A DNA stretch of 64,000 bases, taken from the NCBI GenBank assembly GCA_046563655.1, contig CM102285.1, positions 10,850,001 to 10,914,000 on the forward strand, in the 5' to 3' direction. Positions 1-13,738 of the stretch are shown here, piece after piece. The notes under the pieces were generated by a model, which was not told the origin of the DNA, ran no database searches, and was given only the letters and a program-made list of their open reading frames with translations. Both the position numbers and the translations under genes were made by a program. Numbering within the stretch: position 1 is the first letter of the stretch; each line of letters starts with the position of its first letter. The stretch comes from Yuukianura sp. NJ FZ-2021 (Eukaryota).

Positions 1-789
1 TTCCTGAGTCTAAAGTGCACTTGAGTACTTAGTACTATAACAAGAGCAAAAAATTACTTTATCATAACCTTAACGAACGAATTACACTGAATTCACTTGA
101 AACTGACAGAGAAAATCATTTACTCTACGATCCTTCATGCCCTTGACACAGAGACTCAAAATTTAATTTATTTCTTCCATTTTTAGCACATTCGAGTTCC
201 GAAAAATGATTTTTTGGTTTCAATTCCAATTTGTCCTGGGCAATTGAAAAAGTCTAATCTTGTAATCAGTTTATGGCAAGTTCTCGTTTTTGTAAATGTG
301 TCAAGGATGACGTTCTCATTTCTCTTTCGCAAATGATTTAGAAGTAATATATCCCAGTCCAGATTCTAAATCCAGGAAAATTGGAATTCGGTTTCCGCAG
401 AGCTCTACTAGTTTTTTCTAATCCTTAAAGTTTCCACTTTATAAAACTCATTGTCAGTAGTCATATTTCGTTGTACTTCACTGGGAAATTTTTTGAAATG
501 TTCATTCTAGTGTAAAGATAATACAATTTTCAAAAGCAAAAGCACTTCTATATTTGTAAATATCCGCTTTCTCTGTGTCCTGTCACTTGCTTCGCGCGTC
601 TTTGGCAACATTTCCACCATAGTTTCAAATCCTTCACAACAACCTTGTACGTTACTTGGAAAGTCAACAAGTGAAAGTTTCAATATTTTCAGCATTCAGA
701 CATCCTTTGTTACAGTATTCCCTCGCGGGATATTTACTATCTCTGCACTCGAAACAATTTTTTTTTCATTTTATGATGTGAAGACTTAC

Positions 790-3700
790 CTGAAATCCAA
801 AAGTTTCATCAAATTGGGGATTGTTTGTCATTTTCCGTGCTTTGGAAAGCAGTGTTCTTCGTTCATCTGGAAAAAGAGATACTTTGGCATAAGGGCTGTA
901 GCAGACAGCTCCTGAAGAGCCACCAGCACTCCCAGACGTAGGTGACCCACGTCCTACGAGCTTCTTGACCTTAATGACCGTGACCAAGAGGCGCTCACTG
1001 GTCGTGTCATACTCAAGGGCATACCACGCCCGTCCATACTGTGACTCTCCGGCAGCTCCGCCTCCTTCTCCATCTTCCTCCCCATCATCTTCTGGTTTCA
1101 ATTTATAAAGTTCTGGATTGAGTCCACCCAAGCCGCAAGCACCTGTTGAATTACAAAAGAGAGATAAGTGAGAACTGTACTGCCAAGACAAGCTGACTTT
1201 GCCAAAAATAAACGCTGACTTTCTTTACTAATTGGATGAAGATGGTAGAGATAATGGTTTAGGGAGGGTGGGATGTAAACTTTCTCCATTCATAACTTTC
1301 ATTTTCATCTTCCTCACAAACTAACCCGCCCACGCTCTCCGCATTCCCCACATTTTCTATATCCCATTTTAGAATGTAAGCGTGCCTCGAAGTAAACATG
1401 TGCGGAAAAAAGGACTTGTTTGTAGCTATTTCTGGAGTCCATGGAAGAAAGCGTAGGTGTTTGTTATTTCGGAGAAAGTCGGAGATCCAGGGAGGATTTA
1501 ACTCTCAGACAAACATTGTGGGCGGAGAACACTTTCTCTGGAATTGACTACAGTAACCACAACGTGATCTGTCAAAATCAGGCATATTATAAAACCACAA
1601 CAAGGAATAAACCTGCCACGATCATCTCGTTCATATCTCTCGTCATTCACGAAACTCTAGATTTTTTTTAATTTAAGCTCCGCAGCGCGTGTACACTTGG
1701 CAATTACACATTGTAATTTGAAAGGCTTCCGTAGAAGTCAGCCCACCACAATAAATGTCACAAAAGTGAATCGTAATTGCTCAATTAATTCAACAACAAA
1801 AATTCTTTGCCGTGGTTTTAACAAGAAACTTAACGAGTTTTTCAACGACCCGTTTTACATTAGTAAAATGTCATATTAAAAAGCAAATCCTTCCATAGTA
1901 CCTCTACAGCTTTTACACTATGGTAGGTGTTACTATTTTTTCTTGGAAAATCATTAACCAGAAGTCATTTTGCAACTTCGTGGTGCAGCACACTTTTAAT
2001 CAAAGGGAAACCGGGTGAAAGCAGAAGCTGCCCCGAGGAGCCCACTTAAAATGAGCAGTCGCTTCTGCTTTCCTTGTCATTTCTTCAAGGAGAAAATCCT
2101 GATCCTCCCAAGGACACAAGCTTCATGCCTTATAGTTCGTAAATTCTGCGGTTGCGTAACATCAAAAACCCAATGGCGGGTCCTTCATTCGCATTATAGT
2201 TCGTAAATTCTGCGGTTGCGACCCAACGGCAGGTTCTAATTTTAATTTCACCATCACTATAATTTTCAATTAAGAACCCAAAACTCAATTGCTAGGATGA
2301 TGCAAGGGATTAGCATTGTAATGAGGATATCCTCAAATCCTCTTTTACTATTTCGCTAACTACACCGTTTCGGCACAAAAAGTGAAAGCACGGTTGGAAA
2401 TGGTGTCAAACAGCTTTAAAAAAAATTTCCGAAAATTCGCACATAAAACTTTTCCCGATGTAGCTGAATCAAATGCCAGATTTGACATTTGGCAAAAAAA
2501 AGGAAAGTATTTTTTTTTCTCCAACGAAAGAAGTGGGACCGAGGTAAACAATTCTTTGTCCGAAATGTTTTGAAACCATTAAAAAAAATTGACCGAGGAA
2601 ATTCTGATTTTTCGAAAATTTCCTTGGTATCAAAAATTGTTCAGGATACGAACACTTCCTTTGTGCTCAATCTTCTAGAGATCGCCTACTGGCCTAGCTA
2701 TGGTTTGATAATTTTTCTAGAAACACATATTAATTCAAATGAAACTTTTCTCCAAGATCATCTGAGCTGTGAATAACGAGAGAAACGGCTAATGGAATCA
2801 GAAAAGTTTAGCACTACAGGAAAAAGCTGACGTCAAAGTTTTATTCGCCTGCTTCAAATGTTAAATGAAACATGAATTGTTTAATTAGTAATTTAACAAC
2901 CTTTATTAAAAACAGAGTTTGCTAAATAAGTTATTCTGGTAGTAGTACCAATTTGAACGAAAACACCATCAAACTTTTTAGTCAAGTGCTTATTTGGGGA
3001 TTTTAGTGCGGTTTTAGCTCCTTCTGCTCAAGATGATATTAGCCCCACTTGCTTCCCTTGAAATGAGTTTGGAATTAATTGAATCACAATCCAACAAGGC
3101 TTGAGAAAGGCTGTATACTTTGGAGAAAGTTCTACAAAGGCCATACTACCAAATTTTATCATGCATACAATAGTTAGCCATTAGCCGGCTTTCTAATATT
3201 TACCACAAACATAAAATTTTATAACAAGAAAAAAAACTACTTTTCGTTCAACCGTTTCAAAAATATGTTTGTCCTTCACAGTTGCTTACAAGATATTATT
3301 GTTGCCTCGTGCAGAAAACTTTCCTGACTCGATGTCAACCCAATGTCATTCATAATGTGCCTTTTAATTATGAAATAACACCATAATTTCTAGCGCTTCA
3401 GTTTTACATGAAAAGTAGCATGGCCATAAATTTTCGTCAGTTTCAACAAACATTACGAATTGACGACCGAAAACTAACCTAAAATTAAACTAATCTTCTA
3501 TTTTCCTTAAGTTTTCATAAATTAACGGTTTATGTACAGGGTGGGCCCCAGAAGTCCTTACCCTCTTTCTTTTCCTCTCAGTATTGTCATAAGAAACTCA
3601 TGTGAGAGTTTCTCTTTCTTTCACTTGGGTAAGGACTTCTGGGGCCCACCCTGTACCGCTAAACTTCTAAACGTCAAACATTTGCGAATTTTGAATCAAT

Positions 3701-6700
3701 GTCCCTATGAAACAAAGCAGTCATAATGCAGAAGTGCTCTGGAAATTCGTTGTAGTTGTTTATAATCAGAGCATCTAAATCTAGCATAGTAAATATCTGA
3801 TTTAAACTTTTTGCTCAACATCTAGCCACTAGCTTTCTCCAAACTTTCACCATAGAAGGGCGAAACGGTTATGAACGGCTATTAGGGACACCTCTAAAAT
3901 TATGCCTATTTGTTGAAACTTGTCTCTAAAGCTAATTCGTTATGAAATTTAGATTTAAGTGGTCTCGGAAGTGAGGAAATGACACTCGTGTTTCCTTTGA
4001 ATTTGAAGGACGTAGACTAAATCTAAATTATGCAATGGACGTTAGACTTTTTACCAACCAAAAAACCAACTCACGCGACTATACTATGATGGTCACTGAA
4101 ATTAGGGAGGATAATCCTACTATTGACGATTCTACTGCAATCATTATAACAATTAAAAAAGCAGAAACGAAATAATTGCCGATCGATGTTACGAAACGTT
4201 ACAAAAGAAAGAAACTTTCATTACAAAAGATTTCTCTACTCCCCGCCTGAACTCATTACAAAAAATTCAAATAAACTTTCTCCAAAAATGAAAGGCTTGG
4301 TGAAATTGGACATTAAAAAGAAGAAAGTTTTCACTTTTTCTTTGCGTAGGACAATTGAGTTTTCCAAAATTCAATTTCCACATTTTCTTTTCGAGTGTTG
4401 CAGACAAATTTAAAACTAACATAAAAGCCAAAACCTCTTTGTTTAGAAATTCTATTCGGAGAAAACCTTGGAGCGGAGGCATAATGAAAAGAAAGTTTCT
4501 GCAACAAAATTCAACATTCTTCATAATTTTAGTTATTACGTGTAGCTACACTGTGAGATGAATTCAAATGAGAGTTTGACAACTCAAAGAATAAAGAAAG
4601 CACAAAGTTGAAGATGTTGAGAGAAAGTCGTGATTTTGTAAGCCATGGAAAAGATGAACTTGAGTACACAATCAACTCAATTTCCTTTGTTCCCAAAATC
4701 CAACAATGACAAAAACCAACATCAACATTTAGCAACAAACACAGAGAAATATCTTTTGTAAGTCTTCAAATTGTCCAAATTATTACGCTGTTTGTTTGAT
4801 CATGAAAACACTAAGCCAAGGACATTATTATTTTCTTCAATTTAAAATCTGATAAACATCAAGAAACTTTTAGTAAGCACAACCAAGGCTGCAAAGTTTT
4901 GACAATGATTAATCAGGCCTATTTTAGTTCTGTATACAGAACTTATTTCACAGGGAAAGAACAAAAACAAGCCGCTGCTGCTTTCTATTTCAAATGTAAT
5001 GAAAGAGTGGAATTCATTATTAATTGACAAATAATGCGTAATCTACTGTTACTTTGTGAGACTAAATTTTGTAGTCAAGACACGACAAGGAAAAGCTTTT
5101 GCAAAAAGTCATGCTCGAAGAACGTTTGAAGGTCAGCTCGAAAGAGCGTATCTCCAAGTTCAATTTTGAAGTGAAAGTTCAACGTCTCCCGTCATTAAAA
5201 ATAGTGCCTCGACGTATACTTACAAAGTAAACTGAAAGTAGAAAGTGGAGAAAGCATCGCTTAATCCTACTCGAAACGTGACGTTTCTTCCATATTCATT
5301 ATCTGTAGGGAGACTTTAGCAGACGGACTTACTTGTCCTGATGCTTCTTCAAATAAGTTTGTCTCGAAAAAGTTCAAACCTAAACTCCTTTCTCCTAATG
5401 ATACTGCGCTGGTTTTCGACGCAAACAGAAAGATAAGGTAAGTATAGATACCCTAACTTTCTTAAAATATTGTTATCCGCATCACGTATGATTTAGATTT
5501 TTCAAGAATAAATATGAAACAGTGTTGTTAAGATAGTTACATAAAAAATTGCAAAACCAACACCATGAAAAGTTAACGCCTCAATTTCGTCTTTCTTCAA
5601 ACATAATTTCAACGCGGAATCGGAAAAAAATACTACACGCAAAAACAGAATAAAACCACTAAAAACTTAACACCAAAGACCGATTTTAACAGAATTAGAT
5701 CACATTTTTAGCAAGAAAACATCAACAACGAAACTTCTCATCTACAAATTCTATGCTTACTGCAACTTTTGTCCAGAAATTTTCGTCAACGGGAACCACT
5801 TTCTCCAGTCGATTTTCATCACGTTGCGGCTTTCCTTCAAAGCCTCCCTCTTAATTTACTACAGAAAGTCTGCAGCTCAAGGAATTCATTAGTTCAGGAA
5901 TGACGAAGGGCTTCGCTCAAAGAGTAGAATTTGAAAAGAGAGCCTTAAGTCCCAATCCCCAAGTCATCTCTCACCCTAGAACAATCTTGGCCGTTTGAAC
6001 TGGGCTTTTTCATTTCTATATTTCTAAAATGCCAGAGTTCAGTTTTGCAGGAGGAACTGCAGTCCTTGAAATTCCCAATTTCATATTTGAAGATGCTATC
6101 CAATATATTTGGAGAAAGCATATTGGAAATATGAGCAAGACAGGACGGAGAGTAGGAGAATAATAAATTCTTAGACGTTTTTCATTTTTTCTCTCCTTGT
6201 CGGCCAGAGTTTACCCAACCACTACCAGTAGTCGATAAGAATTTGGAATTCTCTCGAGGGAATCCCAAAGAAAGCAAACGTTATAACCTCCATTTCTTTT
6301 TTTTTCTGCTGCAAATGATGAGGAGTGCTTTCTCTTCGGCAAAGCCAACCTTAAAAGTCCTACGGTGTTTCAATATTTGGTTACTCAGGTGAAAATTTCG
6401 CTCCACCGGATTTTCAAGTTCGCTTTTCCTTTCCCCCAAAGCCGAAACTTGACACACACCAGGACACATTTGATGGTTTCTGGGGAATAGGAATATGGAT
6501 GAGACTTACAGCGAAGTGTGAAGTGTTTTACTAGCACTACAACCTACTACAAAACTACACGGGTACTTTCTACGAACCTTTTGAAGATGGATTACTATTC
6601 GTAAGCAGGGAGCCCTTCACAAATCATTCCGTCAGCAGCGATTTGGAACAAGTTCCTTCAACGCTTTCAAATCTCAAGAGCTTCCGCGGTTACTTAAGTT

Positions 6701-9700
6701 GAATGAAACAAGTGTTACAGAGACCATTTCTCATGAACTAACCAAAATTTAATATCACTAAAATACAGAAAAACGTCGGTTTGGTGTTCTCATATCATAT
6801 GTACAATCCTAAATATGTCGCAGGAAGGTAGCCAAAAGCTTTCACAAGAATCCAATTAATACAACAAGAAAAGAAAAAAAAGAAAAGTGAAAGTGAACGT
6901 TGTACTTTCACTCAGAACTCAAAGTCAGAATTTGTGAAAGAAATTCCGCAGCATTTCCCTTGAAATTTGAATTGAATTTCACTTTCTCCTTGAAATTTTT
7001 ACAGAATTCTCATATAGAAATTACACATTATATTACTTGAGCTCTTCACAAAAGAAAACCAAGGTTTAAAATCAGCTAACAAGTTTCTCCAAAGTCTATC
7101 GATTATTTTTCATGGTGAAAACGAAATCTTCCAAGTACACTTCCCTACATAAGTAAAGTGTAAGCCCTTCTCCAAAAGCCTACAGTAAAATCTTGTAAAG
7201 GAAGACTGATGGGACATTATGGACAGAGCGTATTTTGGTATTTGATCCATCCTTTCTTCTTCTAATCCTTTTTCCTTTCATTTCCAGTTTCATAAAAGAA
7301 TCGAGACGAAAAACAGCCTCCGTTCGTCCAATTCCCCATTACGAGTGAGAATGTGTGCAAAATCTGTGCTTTCACTTGTCCCTTTGACTTGAGGCCCCAC
7401 AAATCCATATTGGATGAGAGACAAAAAGTAGTACCTACCTACTACCTTACTTCTGCTTTCACATGATTTGATCTCTTTATACAACAAAGTTAATACAAAG
7501 GGTGAATGTACTGCGAGGAGGTACTTTAATTTTGATTTTGAAAGAGGATTTACGTTACTGAATACTACAGAAGACCTAACGTACTTCACAATTAAGCAAA
7601 TCCCCAAACCAGAGAACCGGAGTCAAAACCCAAGGGACTCAGGGTCAGAGATTACTTTTTGCAACAAGAAACTAATCCTCCAGCTTCAAAATTGTCAATC
7701 TATTCTATAAATCTAGTCACAAAGCAAAGCCCTTTCGCATCTAAGCTAGATATTCTACTTTCCCCTGTTACTCTTTTGTGCAAAGGTGAAAGCAAGCGAG
7801 ATAAGATGACCTTGAATTCTGTGCCAAAAACCTAATTCATGCCACTTCCATTCCAATTAAGTAGGAGAAAACTACAGTGAAAGCTTGGTTTTTGGATCAA
7901 AACTGATCTTGTATTTATTTAATGAAACATCAAACTAGACTACCGGCCCATCGTAAATCATACGAGTACTGCTACGATACTGCCAAAACAAGATTAATTT
8001 TGCCTCGATACCAGGAACACAGCCACATTTCCAATAAAACTAACCTTCATAACGTTGTGCAAATAATCGAATACAGTTTCATTACCTTTTGATCAAATTG
8101 GTAAACATTTTGGGTCCTTTGAACCAGTTATGTTCTAATAATAAGAAACGGGGCAGAAAAACTAAGATCTACTAGATTCTAGAAGAATAGTAAGGTTAAA
8201 GATTACCTTTCAACCTGCCCTTGAAAAGGATTTGTGTACACAATGGACGATTGAACTCAATTAAACCACAGTCAATTAAACTTTAACCTTGACCACGTTA
8301 TTGCAGACTGCTAAAGACGAAGGGCACTAATAAGTCATTTTCACTTGAAAGGAAACTTGAACTGCAACTGTTATGCTGCTTAAAGTAATTAATGGTTCCG
8401 GTTCGATTGTCACCAGGGCTGGCAGAGAACTAACATGGTTTCTTGAGTCTTGCTTTCAGTCATAAGTTCCATTGTCTTGTAAATCCGTTTAAGTTACCTA
8501 ATCAGCACCAATGACAGAAATGAGCACCTCACAGATGAAACAACTTTGTAAGATGTGAAACAAATGACAAGTAACCTTTATCGTTCCTATTTCCTAGCTG
8601 AAGGATCACTGGACGGCTCAATAAGTTGTGGAGAGAGACCCCTTTCAAAGATTGACTTAGGAACTCGAAACTTCTTTCCTGCCGGAGCTCCAGTGCCACT
8701 CAAATCTTGACCCTTGACCTCTTCCTGTATCTCTGCCAGTAACCTCTCATCTCTTTCATCTTCAATGCTAGCCTTAAATGGTGTGTAAGTGTTTCGTACT
8801 CTGCTTTCAATGTTGTATCCAATGATACCAATGACTGCCGCTACTGGAAGCATGACCACTGGGGCGTAGGTCCTAACAATGTTCCACAACACTGGCAACA
8901 TATCCCCTAACAACTTTTGCACTAAATCGTCTAATTAATCACTGAAAAACTTAATTAGTGAGAAATTAAACACTTTTCGCGTGTGTTTACTTATCGCAAT
9001 GCCGCACAGCTGATGGCTCACCAATAAACCACCCACAACAACCCAAGCCATAGCACCCCTTCACTCGTGATGGGCAAAAATAAGAAAGCAAAAATAATGA
9101 AAAACGAAAATCACAAAACCAAAAAATTGTGCTAAATTCTGTGAATAGTTTTTCATCAAAATGGCTACAATTAAATAAATTTAGCCACCTAGAGTTGAAG
9201 TAGTGGCCAGAATTAATTTAGCGGCTAACGATCAGATTAATGACCTTCAACCCCTACAGAAAGAGTAGAATTGACCTTTTGTTTCCTGAAAACTCTAACT
9301 TGAATATGTAATCAAAATTTCCATTTTCAAGATTAATGTTTAAACTTTGAAAAATGGAAGTGAAAGTCAGTTCACAATTAATTTTCCCTCAAATCACGAT
9401 GAACTATACACACCCTCAAACCCAACAAACCAAACATAAAGCGAATACATGACCTGAATCACCAACAACGCTTAAAAAGTAACAGGATCTGATCGCTTTT
9501 TCCAACAGCAGGGTTATGTTTCCTATGCTACGTGATAGTTTTCAAGGACTTTCTCCTCTGTCCATGGTGTCACTTCATGGCAAACAGGATATGGTTCAAT
9601 AGTTTGTCACTTTGAACACGTCTCTAGGGTGAACGAACTCTAGGAAATTGGCTATCAGAAATACTAGGCTTTTGGAAAGTTGGGTAATTGCAATGCAAAT

Positions 9701-12700
9701 AACAATCCAACTCCATGTCATGCCATGTCGATCCACCGGAACCATGATCACTAGCTAAGCCATTGAACCAGACAAGTGACAGACAGAGACACATTCAAGT
9801 GTCCATTCCTTTGACATTGGTCCTCCACCCATAAAGTTACAAAAAGTTACCATGACGGAGAAAGTTTGCTTTCACCTTATGAAAAACCAGGCTGAAAAAG
9901 TTATTAAGTGTGCGTCAGACGTCTCTTTTAAAGTTGAAAAATGAATTCTGAAGTAATAAGCATATAGAAAGTTTAGACGAAATGAATTGGTCTGGAACCG
10001 AAATTGAAGATTATGAGTCGACATTCTCGTTATGTTTCTTTAAAAAAACTGGTCCTTGAGTAAGGTCAGTGGCTATTTGACATTTCAGAGGAACGTTATT
10101 ATTTTGGTATTCCGGAGATCATGGCGTCTTAAATTCCAAAAATGAAATGAAAACCCCAAGTTCACTGAATTTTCATTGCGGTATTATTTTTTTGAAAATG
10201 GGTCCACAAGGAGAAGATGAGGGAAAATTCCTATACAAAATTGAGCAGGAAAGTATCGGGGTATACTAAACAGGAGTTCCATAAACCTGCTGGAATTTAA
10301 TATTCCCTGCCCTAAATCTTTTAACCCATATGCCAAAAAAGATGAAATGTCTACCTGCTAAGTAGCATGGATCGATCTACCCCATAATTCAATTTAACTT
10401 TAACCCACAGCCGCGCATTCGCTAACGATTAAATACTCACTCTAATACAAAAATGTCACAACCCATCGCAACTTGAACTGCAGCAGGTAAAATTTCAAGC
10501 AAAACCAGAGGGATTAGAAATGCTTTCACTGCAAATACCGAAAACCGAACTGCAAAAGTTAATAATTTTTTCTCCTTAGCTTCAAACTGGATTTTTCCCT
10601 TGCGCAAAATACTTTCAATATTTCCAAAATGGTTTCTGAATTGTATCTTTTTCCTTTGCGTTGCATTTGAGCGTGCCTTTGATCTTTTGTAAAGCCCTAA
10701 TGTTCCAGGAAAAACCGAGAAATAGGATATTGGTTTGGTGAATGCATTTGGGCTCAGTGAAAGGCTGGTTAAGTGAAAACCAAAAGAAAAAAAAAGAAAG
10801 TATGCCACATGTATTTCAACAAAAAAGTGGTTCATCTTACCCGAAATATCCGATCCTGATCCACGGAAAAATACAGGGGACGGAGTGTTGGGTCTGGAAT
10901 TGGATGGATCCGTTTCGGATCTGGATCCCGACAAACTTCCTGGACTGGACTCACCGGACGTGATACACTTTCGTCCAAAAGTTGGTGTAAGTGGACTCAG
11001 CGTCTGAGGCACGGTGAACTCAATCTCCTTCGTCCTGTCAAGGTCATTCAAAATCGAATACAATCAGCAAATACAATAAGTTGAGTAATATACTAAAGCT
11101 ACAGTGTGGTTTTACTACCCCCCATGTAGTTCTAAGGTAAACGAAAAAAATTTCATTTTACATAAAGAAAAAGTTCAAGTTCATAAAAAAACTCATCTTG
11201 AGCCCATTTTCCATTAAACGACCAACCTCCTTTGCTTTCACTTTTCTCATAATTGGACTCTTGGAGAGAAAAAAAGCGAGCCCCAGTCCTTTCTCCAAAA
11301 AAAGAAGTTTGGATTTTCATAAGTTTTCAAGAGCTGTTGCGTAAATTTCTCATATTATTATTCAAAATTGTTAATCCATGCTCTTGAAAACTGGAGAACC
11401 TTGATATTTTCCCCGTTCTAAACAGCATAGCTCATATTTCGAAATCACTTTTGAAAAGTCTGTTTTTAATAAAACTACACGATTGGATGGATCTTCTCCT
11501 TATGAAACACACACAAAATATTATTAGACCAGCACAAAATTAAAATTCACAAACTTAATTTCGAGAAAATGAACTTTCACCCCCTAAGAAGCTATGCACA
11601 TTAGTTTCTGGTGTTAGAAACAGAGCATCTAGGTTTGTTCCCTCCATAAACAAATCCCAAGACTCAAAATCCTGCGCAATCCAAGTAATAACCGAGCTGA
11701 CCTAAATAAAACAAAGGTCACGGCCATTACTACAGTTTAGCATCTATAATCATCTAGAATGACGACGTATTTGGGAAGGAATCAGTCATGCCGCCAGAGC
11801 TTCCTAAAACTTCCATTGTTTGCATTTCAGCATTTATGGCAGTCTCATTAGTCTGAGCGATGCTAGAGATGAAAACAAAAGGCAAACCAAACCGTGAAGT
11901 TGGTCGAGGGAAGCAGAAAACGAGACATTTCATGCTTTCTCACTTCATCAAAGGCTTTTCTTTTGTTAGGTCCTTTGAAGTAGTACCAGTAGTGGAATGT
12001 ATAAACTAAACCCAAAAGTTTTCAGGATAACCACACACCACATTACGGAAGTCTGGCGAAATAGTTACCTGACTCTAGGTAGGTTGGAATCTCATTACAC
12101 CAAAAATTTGGCTTTGAACGAAAGAGAAAGCGAAGAATATCATAAAAGTTGGGCTGAATCTTTTTGCTGCTGAAACTTTTTTTTGAAGTTTTCGGAAATG
12201 AGGAGTTGGAAAAGAAAAGAGAAAGTCGAGCCCTTTCTCCTGTCAATGTCAGTCAATCTCCTTTTTCTTGCTCTCTGCTACCATAACCTAACCTAACCTC
12301 AACCTCTTGCCTCCAGTCGTAGTCTAGTCACCTAAAAAGTTATAGAATCTATGAATCTGTGTTTCCTGACTAGACAAGACAAGACGGCGAGTAGTGAAGT
12401 TCAATCAAGCATAAGTTAGGAGCTCTTTGTGACGTCGTGTTTAAAAACTAATTGAACAAGAGCGGAAACAAGTTTTTTAAGGGAGCAGACAGAAAATTCT
12501 GTTTTTTCTTGAAATCATTTGTATCAAAAGTTACATTGTAAAGCAAGAAAACAATTTCCTTGGGTAAAGGTTATTGCTCTGTGAATACAAAAAAAAGTGT
12601 TCTACAATTTAATAAAGTTTTATACCAAAGCCTTATTGAAAAATTGTACTTCATGTTTACCAAAAGTGGAAAGCTTGTTCAAATAGAAAGTTCAAACAAC

Positions 12701-13738
12701 TATAAACTTATTACAGCCAGAACTCTCTCACCCTTGCCAAATTTAAATCAAAACTAAAATTCATTTGCTCTGTCAACTGTACAAATTTAGTTACTTTTCA
12801 CTTACTGCAGTGTAAGTGATGCAGTGCAACTTATTTTAAAACAATTATAAGTTAAAACTCAAATAAAAACTAAAAGGAGAACATCACAGTGAAAGTTAGC
12901 AGTCTCTGATTAAAGTTCAACGTCCTATTTCTAGCAATTCTACGTAGTTCGGTGAGTTTCTAGTACTGGAGACAGCAGAAAAGTTGCATATCATATTTTT
13001 TTTGTACCACACAAGTACTCCAAAATTCTTTTTCAAAGAAAGCAAAGAAAAATATCCACTTTTTTTTTGCATTTCCGCAGCAGCCAGGACCCCCTAGAGT
13101 ACTTTCACCTTAAAGTCAACGTCCCTTGAGGGCCGGGGCAAAGTGCTTTCACCTCTGCCTAAAAAAACACTTTGAAATCGAAATTTGATCCAGCAGATGA
13201 ATAGCTAACGGGAAAATGGAGAACCTAGAAAAGTTCTCCTTAGTTGTGTTAACTTTGATGGGAAGCAACTTTAGTACATATAACGATTTGATAACAAGCA
13301 TACTAACCTGGGTGAAAGCAGAAGCGATGAAAGGAGAGACTCTCTCAAGCGATTCTGAGAACTCTGTCGTTTCAATATAAAGGAGTCATGACTATGACAG
13401 GACCCAAAGTGTCGAATCTTTGGACTAGAGTCAACACTGCTACTGGCACTTTGAGTCGACGAGTAGCCAGACCCTGATGGGGACTCTTCCGACATCTGAT
13501 GATGAATTCCCACCGACGAACCACCACCACCAATGACCATTGGATTACTCTGGACTGAGCTTCCGTACAATGTCAATTTCCTCAAGTCCAAGGGACGGAA
13601 ATTATTATGAAATTTTCTTACAAAGTTCGGAGTGCTTGGAAGAGAATTTGGACTGGAAGCCATGCTTCCACCACCACCGTTTCCACCTAGAGATCTCATG
13701 GCTCCTGCAGAATGATGATGATTTTCACAAGACATCAT
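790..13738 (-). CDS. SYT15: Synaptotagmin-15-like C2-domain protein, 5' part (gene continues off the left edge)
   Basis: Frame-consistent spliced exons: 13308-13738 (ATG...LLSPR, donor GTTAGT, phase 2), 10841-11034 (TKEIEFTVPQ...GSDISG, phase 2-1) and 790-1142 (GACGLGGLNPELYK...GRAWYALEYD...SPYAKVSLFPDERRTLLSKARKMTNNPQFDETFGFQ, donor GTAAGT). The NPELYK, GR-W-EY, PDERR and NPQFDE motifs match the SYT15 C2A region as I recall it; orthology is not tested. Confidence 0.75.
2130..2236. repeat. Short tandem duplication (period 64 bp)
   Basis: TTATAGTTCGTAAATTCTGCGGTTGCG (27 bp) is identical at 2130-2156 and 2194-2220. Each copy is followed by a related ACCCAAYGGCRGGTYC. Confidence 0.85.
3537..3653. 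mobile_element. 117-bp MITE, Tc1/mariner-like
   Basis: Perfect 27-bp TIRs CAGGGTGGGCCCCAGAAGTCCTTACCC (3537-3563 / 3627-3653), flanked by TA on both sides (3535-3536, 3654-3655). No coding capacity. Confidence 0.9.
8587..8901 (-). CDS. SMIM12: Small integral membrane protein 12 (UPF0767 family), intronless CDS, 104 aa
   Basis: MLPVLWNIVRTYAPVVMLPVAAVIGIIGYNIE...SIEDERDERLL...VPKSIFER has the family's RTYAP motif, TM segment, GYxxE and ER-ERL pattern. The ATG is at 8901; the ORF-track start at 8922 is a GTG. Confidence 0.93.
   Translation of the reverse strand: MLPVLWNIVRTYAPVVMLPVAAVIGIIGYNIESRVRNTYTPFKASIEDERDERLLAEIQEEVKGQDLSGTGAPAGKKFRVPKSIFERGLSPQLIEPSSDPSARK

Noticed and set aside
2360..2776. 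Transposon remnant or ORFs beginning TACACCG
   Set aside because: It looks repeat-like, but no matching opposite terminus or transposase motif was found, and the ORFs are AT-rich noise.
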